A DNA stretch of 45,541 bases. Source: Bacteroidota bacterium. Its GTDB lineage: Bacteria > Bacteroidota > Bacteroidia > Bacteroidales > JAIFNC01. Within the stretch, counting starts at the first letter, position 1. Each line of letters starts with the position of its first letter. Of this stretch, positions 19,601 to 27,566 are shown piece by piece. Location: contig JAIFNC010000168.1 in assembly GCA_020047935.1 (NCBI GenBank), positions 1 to 45,541 of the forward strand, written 5' to 3'. The notes beneath the pieces were generated by a model. It saw only the letters and a list, made by a program, of their open reading frames with translations. It did not search any database and was not told where the DNA came from. Both the position numbers and the translations under genes were made by a program.

Positions 19601-20453
19601 TGCGTTTCAAACCAGAGTAAGCGAGCGGTTGAATCATAAAAACCGTGCAATAACTCTTTGGGACTACGAACATATTATATTGCAGCATTTTCCTATGTTG
19701 CATAAAGCTATTTGCTTAAACCACTTAAACAGCGAACTTAAGCCGGAGCCCGGTAGCGTGCTTATAGTAGTTTTGCCAAAAATAACAGCACAAGACCGGT
19801 TGGCAAAAGTTATGGAACCCAGAACTACTGCCAGCCAATTGCAATTGGTAAAAGAAACTTTGATTGAAAAATGCTCGCCTTTTGCAAAAATTGAAGTGGT
19901 AAACCCACGTTACGAGCAAGTTCAAGTACGTTGCGATGTTAAATTTGCTGAAGGGTTGAACGAACGATTCTACTTGCAGAAGATGAACGAAGACCTCAAG
20001 GCATTTCTTAACCCTTGGGACAGTGTTGAAGACTCGAGCGTTGAGTTTAATAATAAAATTTTTGCCATGCATGTGGTTTATTTCCTCGACACCCGACCTT
20101 ATGTTGATTATGTTACAAATTTAGCACTGTTTCATATTGTAAATCAGGGTATTTACAACATCGAAACAGCCAGCGAAAACAATACGGTGTTAGAACCCAC
20201 CACAGATATTTCAATTTTTGTTTCGGCCGAGGAGCATATAATTAAAGTGGTAGGCGCACAAGTTGAAATTAAAGCAATTGGCGCCATGATGATTGGTAAA
20301 GACTTTAGTGCCGAGCATTTTGTTGAAAAACGAACCTTTAAAGGAATTGAAAGCGACCAAATAGAAATTAGCCATCAGGTAGACCCTGATAACGAAATTA
20401 TACAGAACGATACAAAATTTGTATTTTCATTTAAGAATTTTTTCAGTGAGTAA
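16671..20453 (+). CDS. Large baseplate protein, Baseplate_J / gp6-like (Afp11-like)
   Basis: 1260 aa. C-terminal Baseplate_J-type motif NRAITLWDYEHIILQHFPMLHKAICLNH. Lies directly after the gp25 gene, as in other eCIS loci. Confidence 0.8.
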   Translation: MNNGITHNDRYLKELDAQFFKVDERSLDDFMDFITKFSKLIAFYDANNNLDGDASQILENDITVLLLQISSLDIEHIDGKFELLLQDFKEKHIDVKKDVFASARIWLKAMKAKQQSEEKLIGFLLELHQQIENWNLKTVTDVDFNYEIRKLIETKFSKTLARLIAFDKLLIAKGLIEPRKRIINYLRKPEWQAEEYSYPVDFFSEEKEKYFDSITSEELHDLFHNIQYSLSPIIKSANRYSQKYLSDGNTRPHVALFITFIEMYKHAQYDINQFTQRHLDYFYNEILKFNRQPENADNVFLTFTVQDSVEVCKIPENARLLAGQDSEGNDLIYHLDNELIVSKASIDYRRAIVNEIKAVSAAENNFEYVNLNNNVNKTDYAENKEVSDFFMGISLVSSFLKLSEGDRTVKIALELQRYSFDKFLTLFETEVKNNIDLNVPTIDEFAAQLFSFSYSTTEDGEQSWYTVPENKITTKFQKNSDGNPINRLTIIVEISTLAPPIDSCISDRFPEAKAKNLPVCHLLINNRKLIFYNYFKVLVIEKIHLATGVNGIRDLIIQNDYGLVDASSPFEPFTATPAIGSTLYIGHETIFSQHLDKLELVFDWHDIPIDANGFPEYYEGYSSVESNEVFKASLSFLKNRKWYPENNKQLISLFQDGEVDPDNGTVAVSSTTVVDTIDLKDINFHFSGPPVLNLEDSYSRICKNGFLKLEFAFPQPAFGHKEYLNIIKREAGSIKKGGQMQIPNAPWTPTLRGLSINYTSSIIIDIQNQDPLNKAYIYHVHPFGEKIISEPIGREINLLPQYPLGTELILGIRNFNIHELLSIFFQINEFSSDIEEEKPEVHWTYLNQDEWLPIKYEQLVGDSTNDLSNSGIIVFDFASFDKDYFNAKSLFENRSYTPNIFWLKCKSLHGEEFVHNIRLIELHAASATYKNNGNAKDHLEKPMPANSIKRFIDDIADIKAISQPFESVNGKPEESQLAFQTRVSERLNHKNRAITLWDYEHIILQHFPMLHKAICLNHLNSELKPEPGSVLIVVLPKITAQDRLAKVMEPRTTASQLQLVKETLIEKCSPFAKIEVVNPRYEQVQVRCDVKFAEGLNERFYLQKMNEDLKAFLNPWDSVEDSSVEFNNKIFAMHVVYFLDTRPYVDYVTNLALFHIVNQGIYNIETASENNTVLEPTTDISIFVSAEEHIIKVVGAQVEIKAIGAMMIGKDFSAEHFVEKRTFKGIESDQIEISHQVDPDNEIIQNDTKFVFSFKNFFSE

Positions 20454-20469
20454 TCGATAAATAAAAGTT

Positions 20470-21165
20470 ATGGCAACGAAAAACCGTGCAATACTTAAAA
20501 ACTACTTCTTAAAGGGCAATGTTCCCAAAGAAAACCATTTTCAGGATTTTATTGATTCCTGCATTAACCAAGAAGACGACGGACTTTGGAAAAAACAAGA
20601 TGAAGCCTTACGCATTAAAGCCGAAGGTACCCAGAGTGAAATTCTTCAGTTTTACCGCAATATAGAAGATATGCGCCCAACTTGGACCATTAGTTTGCGT
20701 GCCAAAGACGGCAACGAAGGTTTCAATATTTCGGAAGAAGAAAGCCGTTTATTTATTGAAACCGGCGGAAATGTTGGTATAGGAACCACGCAACCGCGAA
20801 CAAAGCTGCAAGTTGAAGGTTTTGTGGGAATGCAAGGCAGAATAGGATTCTTTGCGCAGGGCGAAGTGCCTGCCGATGGGCAATGGCACGATGTAATAAC
20901 CGGCTTAAACCACTACAATGCATTCGAAATAATGGCGGTAACCGGAAAACGAGGGTCGCATGCCATTACCCACGCAATTGCTGTTAGTGCATACGGAAAT
21001 TCGAATCCTGCTATTTCAAAAACCCAAGGTTTTTATGGCTGGATGCGAAATAAAATTGACGTTCGGTGGGAGGGTACTTATTTCGACTATAGCTTGCAAG
21101 TGCGCACCCGACGAAACATTGGCGAAGGAGTTTTTATTACCTACAATATTGCCAAATTGTTCTAA
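20470..21165 (+). CDS. Short tail-fibre-like / baseplate-peripheral protein
   Basis: 231 aa. N-terminus AILKNYFLKGNVPKENHFQDFIDSCIN and the internal GGNVGIGTTQPRTKLQVEG resemble motifs I associate with fibre-like proteins of Bacteroidota and cyanobacterial tail-like loci. This rests on recollection only. Confidence 0.45.
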   Translation: MATKNRAILKNYFLKGNVPKENHFQDFIDSCINQEDDGLWKKQDEALRIKAEGTQSEILQFYRNIEDMRPTWTISLRAKDGNEGFNISEEESRLFIETGGNVGIGTTQPRTKLQVEGFVGMQGRIGFFAQGEVPADGQWHDVITGLNHYNAFEIMAVTGKRGSHAITHAIAVSAYGNSNPAISKTQGFYGWMRNKIDVRWEGTYFDYSLQVRTRRNIGEGVFITYNIAKLF

Positions 21166-21185
21166 TTAAATTAAAAAAGTGCAAA

Positions 21186-21365
21186 ATGGACGAACCTATT
21201 CATATTGAACTGGACAGAGAAGAACTCAATACCATTATTGATGCATTGTCGAAAGAACCTTTCAGAAAGGTGTATAAACTGATAGAAAAAATACACTTGC
21301 AAGCCAACGAACAGTTAAGTTCCGAGAGAAATACCAACATCAATAATAAGACGTTAAACGAATAA
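21186..21365 (+). CDS. Small ORF (59 aa) absent from the supplied ORF track
   Basis: ATG at 21186, TAA at 21363-21365. Translation: MDEPIHIELDREELNTIIDALSKEPFRKVYKLIEKIHLQANEQLSSERNTNINNKTLNE. It exactly fills the gap between 21165 and 21396 on the operon strand. Confidence 0.45.
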   Translation: MDEPIHIELDREELNTIIDALSKEPFRKVYKLIEKIHLQANEQLSSERNTNINNKTLNE

Positions 21366-21395
21366 TTTACCTACGGGGAGAAATTTACCTACCTT

Positions 21396-24104
21396 ATGGC
21401 AGAAAATATACCAACCATTAAAGCGATTGAGCCTACGCAGGACATTCTGGATTTCAAGTATTTGAAAGAGCTTGGACTTGCTGAATTGCAAAAGCTTACC
21501 GGAAATATTTGGACCGATTATAACCACCACGACCCAGGTATTACGGTGCTCGAAATTTTGGCGTATGCACTTACCGAATTGGGATTCCGGTCGCAATATC
21601 CGGTTGAAGATATTTTGAGCAACAAGGAACAAATGCAAAATACGCTATACAGAACTGAGGAAATTCTGCCTTCAAATGCTGTTACAATTAAGGACTACCA
21701 TAAGATTATTCTTGATATTGAAGGAGTTAAAGATGCCATAATATACCCTTCGCGCAAATTTCCGGAGTTTAAAGGATTATTTGCCATAAATATTGAACTG
21801 TATCCGGAGTTTGACACCGAAATTAAGCAAACTAAAATTGTTAATACCATATTCGAAAAACTGCACAAGAACCGAAATTTATGCGAAACATTTTATAAAA
21901 TTTCGTTTATTGAACATGTTCCGGTTATTTTCGATATTGATATAGAAGTAAATGCACAGCAAAACTTAGCCGATGTTTATTTGGAAATGTACCGCCGACT
22001 CACTGAATACTTGGCGCCTACCATAAATTTTTACGGAATTGACGAATTGCTTGAGCAAGGCTTTGAAACCGACCAAATTTTTACCGGACCATTGCTCGAA
22101 AATGGTTTTGTGCTCGAATCGGAGTTTAAGCGTATCGATTTACGAAATAAAATTTTTGCATCCGACCTTATCCATTTCATCATGGAAATTCCGGGTGTAG
22201 TAATGATAAAAAAACTTCAAATAAGAAACGAAAATAACGAGTATCTCAGTTGGTTTTACAGTGTTGAACAAGGAAAAGCCTTTAAAATTAACCTCGAAGA
22301 GTCGTCATTGCGATTTTTTAAAGTAGGTAAAGAAGTTAAACTTGAGCAAGATATGACGCAGGAGCTTAAAAACATTGATTTAAAAGGCGATTCGAAACTG
22401 CTCTACAAACGACTTACTTTTGAACCGGTAACCGGCACAAACCGAAGCTTAAGTTCTTATTATTCAATACAAAACGATTTTCCGGATGTTTACGGTATTG
22501 GCGAGCTGGGTTTGCTTTCGAGCGAAACGCTAAAACGCAAAGGACAAACCAAGCAGTTTAAAGGCTATTTAATGTTTTTTGAGCAAATTCTAGCCAACTT
22601 CTTTGCACAACTCGAAAATTTGGCTTCACTGTTTTCAATCGAAGAAATTGCCAATACCTATAACAGTCAGCCGCTTAACGGTGTACCGGGTGCCGAATTT
22701 GTTTATCGCGAATTTGTGGCGCAATGCATGAAGAAAAATATGGATGTTTCCGACCAAAAACTCATGCGCCGAGAATGGAAAAATCAGCTCGACAAATTTA
22801 GCGTTAAATTAAATGCACAATTGCATGATATAGTGGAAGACAGAGCCACTTTTTACGACCGACGAAACCGAATTTTAGACCATTTACTGGCTCGTATGGC
22901 TTTTAAATACAGCGATTATAGGTTCGATTTCGATTCGGAAGGTCTGTTGCAAGAAGCGCTTATTAAGCATAAAACTATTATAGCAACAGAGTTTATTCAA
23001 CTTAGCAAAGGCAGGGCCGCTGCACAAAGCATGTTGCCCGAGGATTTACTGATTCCCGGCAATATTTCAGGCTTGGAATATAGAATTAAAACCTTGCTTA
23101 AACTTGAAGGTACATCTACCGAATTTCCGTTCGACTATTTTAAAAACGGACTTTTTTTGGGCGACATAAATAGTTGGGAAGAAAACCTAAACGACCTGAG
23201 TTTTTCATTCGCCAATTTGTTTGGCGATGTTGCTATGGATGCACTATTCTTATACGGTTCAGCAAAGCAAAATTACCAAATACTCGAAAACGAAAGTAAA
23301 TACAGCATTCAATTATTTAATTCGGAAGGTACATTAATAGCCGATGTATTGAAGGAATTTTTGGAAAAAGATGCTGCTGCCAAATTGGTTGACGATATTT
23401 GTAATCGCTTGATTGCCATTTCAAAACTTTCGGAAAGCATTCAGGTTATCGAACGAATTTTGTATCGTCCGCATCTTGAAATGAAATATTTTACCTTCTC
23501 AATTTGGCTAAACAAAGAAACTATAGCCTTCATAAACGACGGATATTTAACCTTCAACGAGCGAAACCTAAAAGTTCAAACTATACTGTTAAGCGCAACA
23601 AACCCCAATAATTACAGCTTTATTGAGTTGGGCAACCAATATAAAATTCTGCTTAAAAACAACGACGGCGAAGTTTTACTTACCAGTCACCGATTTTTTA
23701 ATTCGTTGCCTGAAGTAGCAAAAGAAATTGAAGAATTAGTGGATGTTTTTGTTCGAATTGAAAAAGGTACCCTTGAACGCGATACGCATTTTAGGTTTTA
23801 CACCAAGCATTACGATACGTTCAATTTGGTCGATAATCCGTATTCGTTTATAACTACCATTTTAATTCCGTCGTGGCCTGTAAAATTCCAAAATCAGGCG
23901 TATAAAACTTTGCTCGAAAATAAAATTCGCGAGGAAACCCCGGCGCATATTTACCCCGACATAAAGTGGGTAGGAATTAATAATATGGTTAATATAGTTG
24001 AACTTACACGCGAATACAACCAATTATTGATTCAAACACCGATTGATTTTGAAAAGTTGGAACAAATTTCGGAAGACTTATTCCGGTACTTTGTTCGTTT
24101 ATAA
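21396..24104 (+). CDS. Second large baseplate wedge protein (Afp12 / P2 gpI-like)
   Basis: 902 aa. N-terminal motif WTDYNHHDPGITVLEILAYALTELGFR is typical of eCIS baseplate proteins. Synteny: it follows the Baseplate_J gene. Confidence 0.7.
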   Translation: MAENIPTIKAIEPTQDILDFKYLKELGLAELQKLTGNIWTDYNHHDPGITVLEILAYALTELGFRSQYPVEDILSNKEQMQNTLYRTEEILPSNAVTIKDYHKIILDIEGVKDAIIYPSRKFPEFKGLFAINIELYPEFDTEIKQTKIVNTIFEKLHKNRNLCETFYKISFIEHVPVIFDIDIEVNAQQNLADVYLEMYRRLTEYLAPTINFYGIDELLEQGFETDQIFTGPLLENGFVLESEFKRIDLRNKIFASDLIHFIMEIPGVVMIKKLQIRNENNEYLSWFYSVEQGKAFKINLEESSLRFFKVGKEVKLEQDMTQELKNIDLKGDSKLLYKRLTFEPVTGTNRSLSSYYSIQNDFPDVYGIGELGLLSSETLKRKGQTKQFKGYLMFFEQILANFFAQLENLASLFSIEEIANTYNSQPLNGVPGAEFVYREFVAQCMKKNMDVSDQKLMRREWKNQLDKFSVKLNAQLHDIVEDRATFYDRRNRILDHLLARMAFKYSDYRFDFDSEGLLQEALIKHKTIIATEFIQLSKGRAAAQSMLPEDLLIPGNISGLEYRIKTLLKLEGTSTEFPFDYFKNGLFLGDINSWEENLNDLSFSFANLFGDVAMDALFLYGSAKQNYQILENESKYSIQLFNSEGTLIADVLKEFLEKDAAAKLVDDICNRLIAISKLSESIQVIERILYRPHLEMKYFTFSIWLNKETIAFINDGYLTFNERNLKVQTILLSATNPNNYSFIELGNQYKILLKNNDGEVLLTSHRFFNSLPEVAKEIEELVDVFVRIEKGTLERDTHFRFYTKHYDTFNLVDNPYSFITTILIPSWPVKFQNQAYKTLLENKIREETPAHIYPDIKWVGINNMVNIVELTREYNQLLIQTPIDFEKLEQISEDLFRYFVRL

Positions 24105-24137
24105 AAGCTAAAACACATTAAAATTAGAAAGCAACTG

Positions 24138-24761
24138 ATGAAAAAACTAATTCCCTTATTGTTTTTTGTGCTTTCGTTGCCGGGTTTTTCGCAAATACAA
24201 GTAGGAAAAGTGCTGTTGGACGAAGCCGAACTTAAATCGGTTCCAACGCTAACTTTCGATTTTGGGTTGCCTATAAACATAACCGGCCCTTATGCTTTTA
24301 TGAAAAGCGAAGAAATGTTTATTGAAAGCGGTTTGTATTTAACAACCGACCGTTATGTGTTCGATTTAAACGGCAATCGGTTTTCGCACCGAAGCATAGG
24401 CTTTAATATTCCGCTTAGGGTGGGCAAAATAATAAAAAATAAGTATTATATTGGCGGCGGAAATAATTTCAACTTCCCTATACATTACCGCCAATTCAAA
24501 TACGATGCGTTCAGTTTCAACAACAAGCAGAAGGTAGTTTCAGAGTTTTTTTCAGACCAAATTGTGAAATTTTACCCAAGTTTAGAACTGAATGCCGGAT
24601 TTAGTACACACGGAATTGGTCGGTTTTCAATTCGTGTTCAAATGCACTTTTTAGATTTTTTCAACCTTGGTTATACGGAAAACGGAGTATTACCCTACGA
24701 AAAAATTACTTGGACAAACCGCTATAAGCTTATTATCTTGTCCTATAATCCCGGCTTATAA
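24138..24761 (+). CDS. Signal-peptide protein, possible small outer-membrane beta-barrel, embedded in the eCIS operon
   Basis: 207 aa. Signal peptide MKKLIPLLFFVLSLPGFSQ. Alternating hydrophobic/aromatic beta-strand pattern throughout. No recognised eCIS motif. Confidence 0.5.
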   Translation: MKKLIPLLFFVLSLPGFSQIQVGKVLLDEAELKSVPTLTFDFGLPINITGPYAFMKSEEMFIESGLYLTTDRYVFDLNGNRFSHRSIGFNIPLRVGKIIKNKYYIGGGNNFNFPIHYRQFKYDAFSFNNKQKVVSEFFSDQIVKFYPSLELNAGFSTHGIGRFSIRVQMHFLDFFNLGYTENGVLPYEKITWTNRYKLIILSYNPGL

Positions 24762-24779
24762 AAGCGAATTTGGACGCAA

Positions 24780-25607
24780 ATGATTAATCGTTTAAAACTA
24801 AATCTTAAATTTTTAGCCGAAAAATCGGCAATTGATATTCAAAATAACATTGCCGAAAGCGTAAAGCACAAACTACCCGAAACTGCGCAGCAAATAATCG
24901 AGGATATTGGTATTCCAAACCATGCAACGCTTATAATTGACAAGCTGGAATTCGATTTGGGCGTTTTACCTGCCCAACACACTGCCGAAATATTTATGGA
25001 ACGCCTCACAGACAGTTTGCGTAAAGCATTGAAAAACATAGCCGAAAAGCAAATTCATGAAGGGGTAACAATTAGTAATACAGAAGCTTCGGAACATGAT
25101 GCTTATTTTTTTTATTTAGCAGAAGGGTATTTTCCGTGGTGGTATAAACTCGAAGCCGGTTTGGCTGCCTTGGCAAGTAAAATACAGAAACAGTTTGAAG
25201 TGAAATTGTTTGAAAAACTAAGTTCGAAAAGCCAAATAAACTTAATAAAACGACATTATTTTGCTATCGCACCTGAATTGCGGAAACCCTTTATTTTAAG
25301 TTTGGTGAGTGCATTTAAAGCTAAAAATTCAAACTCGGAAAACAGTAATACCCTAAACGAGTTTCAACGTTTTTATAATTATATTGAAGAAGAAAATACG
25401 GCAACCGGATTAACCGAATTGCTTAAAGCTATAGAAACCGGTTCCTTTTCGGTTGCCGGCAGAACCCAAAACAATGAGCTTGGAGAAGAATTAAAACCAA
25501 GAATTGACTTAAGAGCCGATTTTCAGACATATTGGGAGCAAATAACAAAACTAAATTCGAATAGAAGTAATGATGCAATAAAACTTAGCAATTTTCCGCC
25601 CGATTAA
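24780..25607 (+). CDS. Tape-measure-like protein, N-terminal fragment (gene interrupted by frame breaks)
   Basis: 275-aa ORF, helical composition, syntenic position of Afp14 (after the baseplate genes, before the ATPase). Coding continues in frame 2 (25589-25789, no start codon) and then in the original frame (from 25785). Confidence 0.5.
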   Translation: MINRLKLNLKFLAEKSAIDIQNNIAESVKHKLPETAQQIIEDIGIPNHATLIIDKLEFDLGVLPAQHTAEIFMERLTDSLRKALKNIAEKQIHEGVTISNTEASEHDAYFFYLAEGYFPWWYKLEAGLAALASKIQKQFEVKLFEKLSSKSQINLIKRHYFAIAPELRKPFILSLVSAFKAKNSNSENSNTLNEFQRFYNYIEEENTATGLTELLKAIETGSFSVAGRTQNNELGEELKPRIDLRADFQTYWEQITKLNSNRSNDAIKLSNFPPD

Positions 25608-25847
25608 AACAACAACACAGGTTCAAAAACGACAACGAACTGTTCAATTTCATTAACAATTTTCTGAATAATAACCACGCGAGCGCACTGGGAATTTTCT
25701 TAAAAAAACATATTAAAAGCGAACTTAAAAGCGATTTTACGCTTCGTGAACTGAATTTGTTGAGCAATTTCCAAGAAAAAATAAAGTAAGCCGGAGGTAT
25801 TACAAGGTTTTCTTGAAAAAACAGACCTTGATTTTCTAAAAAACGAA

Positions 25848-27530
25848 TTGCTAAATTCCAAATTACAAAATATACCGCATTTTTTTATAGAATTATTGGC
25901 GGAACGTTTTTTTGGCAAAGCATTGAAAACAGTATTCGACAGTAAAATTTCACCAAAAATAAGTTTAACAACCTATAATATTCTTTTTGCTGAAGTTTTT
26001 TTGGAAAGTGTTGCAAATAATAAGCTTGGTTATAATTGGGAAATTTTACCGATACAATTTTTAAAACCAACTACTTGGCAAGCCGGAATCAGCTCATTTG
26101 TTTCGAGCATGTTCGGAAATTTGGCACTTAAAAAAGCCGAATTTAATTTACAAGAAAAAGCTAAAAAAGACCGAAAACAATGGCTTACCGAAAATTTGTC
26201 GGTATATTTTTCGAACTTAAGCTATTTTCTTGAAAACGGTGCACTTCCTTGGAACAGTCCGTTCGAAAGCGTTGCCGAACTCGAAACATTTTATTGGAAC
26301 GAAAAACAACGAACCATACCGGCAACTGCCAGTTTTTTAAGCAATAGTTTTAGTAGTTATCACAGAATTAAGACGTTATATTTGGCTTTTTCCGAAGCAT
26401 TTGCTGATACTATATACAAACAAGTTTTCGAACAGGAAAAAGCTGATATTTCGGATATTATCGAAAAATCGGTTCGTAAAGAAAAAAGCTTGGATTTGCC
26501 TGCCGATTTTGGCGACTTTTTGCACCGAAGTGTATTTATGAAGCACCACGTTGAATTATTGGGTGCTATTGCAGGAATTATTGCAGAAAATTTAAACCTA
26601 AGCGCCAATAAATTAGCCGATAAAATTTACACTACACTTTTCGAAAACTATAAAAACGATATACTTACCATTTTAAGCGAAGCAATTCAAAAAGAAGAAG
26701 CCTTAAAATTGGATAAGGAAGCGTTGGAAAGCCTTTATAATCAGTCGTTTTTAAAAACAAAACCGGAAATAATTCAGTTATTGGTTGCCGAACTGAATAA
26801 AATACCGAAGGAAACAGCGTTGCGCGACCGAGTCGAAATATTGTATAAAGCAGTATTTGAAGGGAGAAAACCAAAATTCGATCAACTGATAGCACAAAGC
26901 AGCAAGGAAAACATGGTGCAAATAAGACAAAAGCTGCAAGTAGAAGAAATTGAAGATGTATACCAAAAAATAATTGAAGAAAAATTCGATTGGCAAAGCG
27001 GAAAAAAAAGTGGCGAACCAATTCATATAACCAATTCGGGCTTAGCTATTTTGCATTCGTTTTTGCCGCATTTGTTCAAACGGTTGGGGTATTTGCGCGC
27101 CGAAAAAGGAAAGAATTATTTTATTGATATTGCAGCACACGAACGAGCGGTTTTGGTTAGTCAATATTTGGTTTTTGGAGCACAACCGGTGGAAGAAAAT
27201 CAACTGGTTTTTAACAAACTGATGTGCGGATATTCGGTTGGGTTACCTATAAACACCGATTTGCAACTTACCGAAACCGAAATTGACGAATGCGAAACCT
27301 TGCTGAAATCGATTATAAAACACTGGGCAATTTTGGGTGAAGTATCAGTTGCAGCCTTGCGCGAATCATTTTTACAACGCAACGGAATGATAGTTTACGA
27401 CAAAGAAAACGTGAACTTGAAAGTTGAACAAAAAGGGATAGATATTTTAGTATCGAAGTTGCCCTGGACATTTGGCACAATACGCTTTTCGTGGAACGAA
27501 TACCTGATTTTTGTTGAATGGTACGCCTGA
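25848..27530 (+). CDS. Tape-measure-like protein, C-terminal fragment
   Basis: 560 aa from a TTG at 25848; the frame is open from 25785. Highly helical. The C-terminal block LPWTFGTIRFSWNEYLIFVEW resembles the conserved C-terminus of eCIS tape-measure proteins (recollection, not searched). Confidence 0.5.
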   Translation: MLNSKLQNIPHFFIELLAERFFGKALKTVFDSKISPKISLTTYNILFAEVFLESVANNKLGYNWEILPIQFLKPTTWQAGISSFVSSMFGNLALKKAEFNLQEKAKKDRKQWLTENLSVYFSNLSYFLENGALPWNSPFESVAELETFYWNEKQRTIPATASFLSNSFSSYHRIKTLYLAFSEAFADTIYKQVFEQEKADISDIIEKSVRKEKSLDLPADFGDFLHRSVFMKHHVELLGAIAGIIAENLNLSANKLADKIYTTLFENYKNDILTILSEAIQKEEALKLDKEALESLYNQSFLKTKPEIIQLLVAELNKIPKETALRDRVEILYKAVFEGRKPKFDQLIAQSSKENMVQIRQKLQVEEIEDVYQKIIEEKFDWQSGKKSGEPIHITNSGLAILHSFLPHLFKRLGYLRAEKGKNYFIDIAAHERAVLVSQYLVFGAQPVEENQLVFNKLMCGYSVGLPINTDLQLTETEIDECETLLKSIIKHWAILGEVSVAALRESFLQRNGMIVYDKENVNLKVEQKGIDILVSKLPWTFGTIRFSWNEYLIFVEWYA

Positions 27531-27566
27531 AAAGCTTAAAAATACTTACTTAAGAAACGAACGAAC

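Noticed and set aside
25784-25790. Possible programmed +1 frameshift at AAG-TAA-G in the tape-measure candidate (prfB-like stop-codon-stimulated shift)
   Set aside because: After a +1 slip the P-site Lys tRNA would face AGU and could not re-pair. No upstream SD-like stimulator is obvious. An uncompensated first break about 180 nt upstream also has to be explained. An indel, real or artefactual, is more parsimonious.
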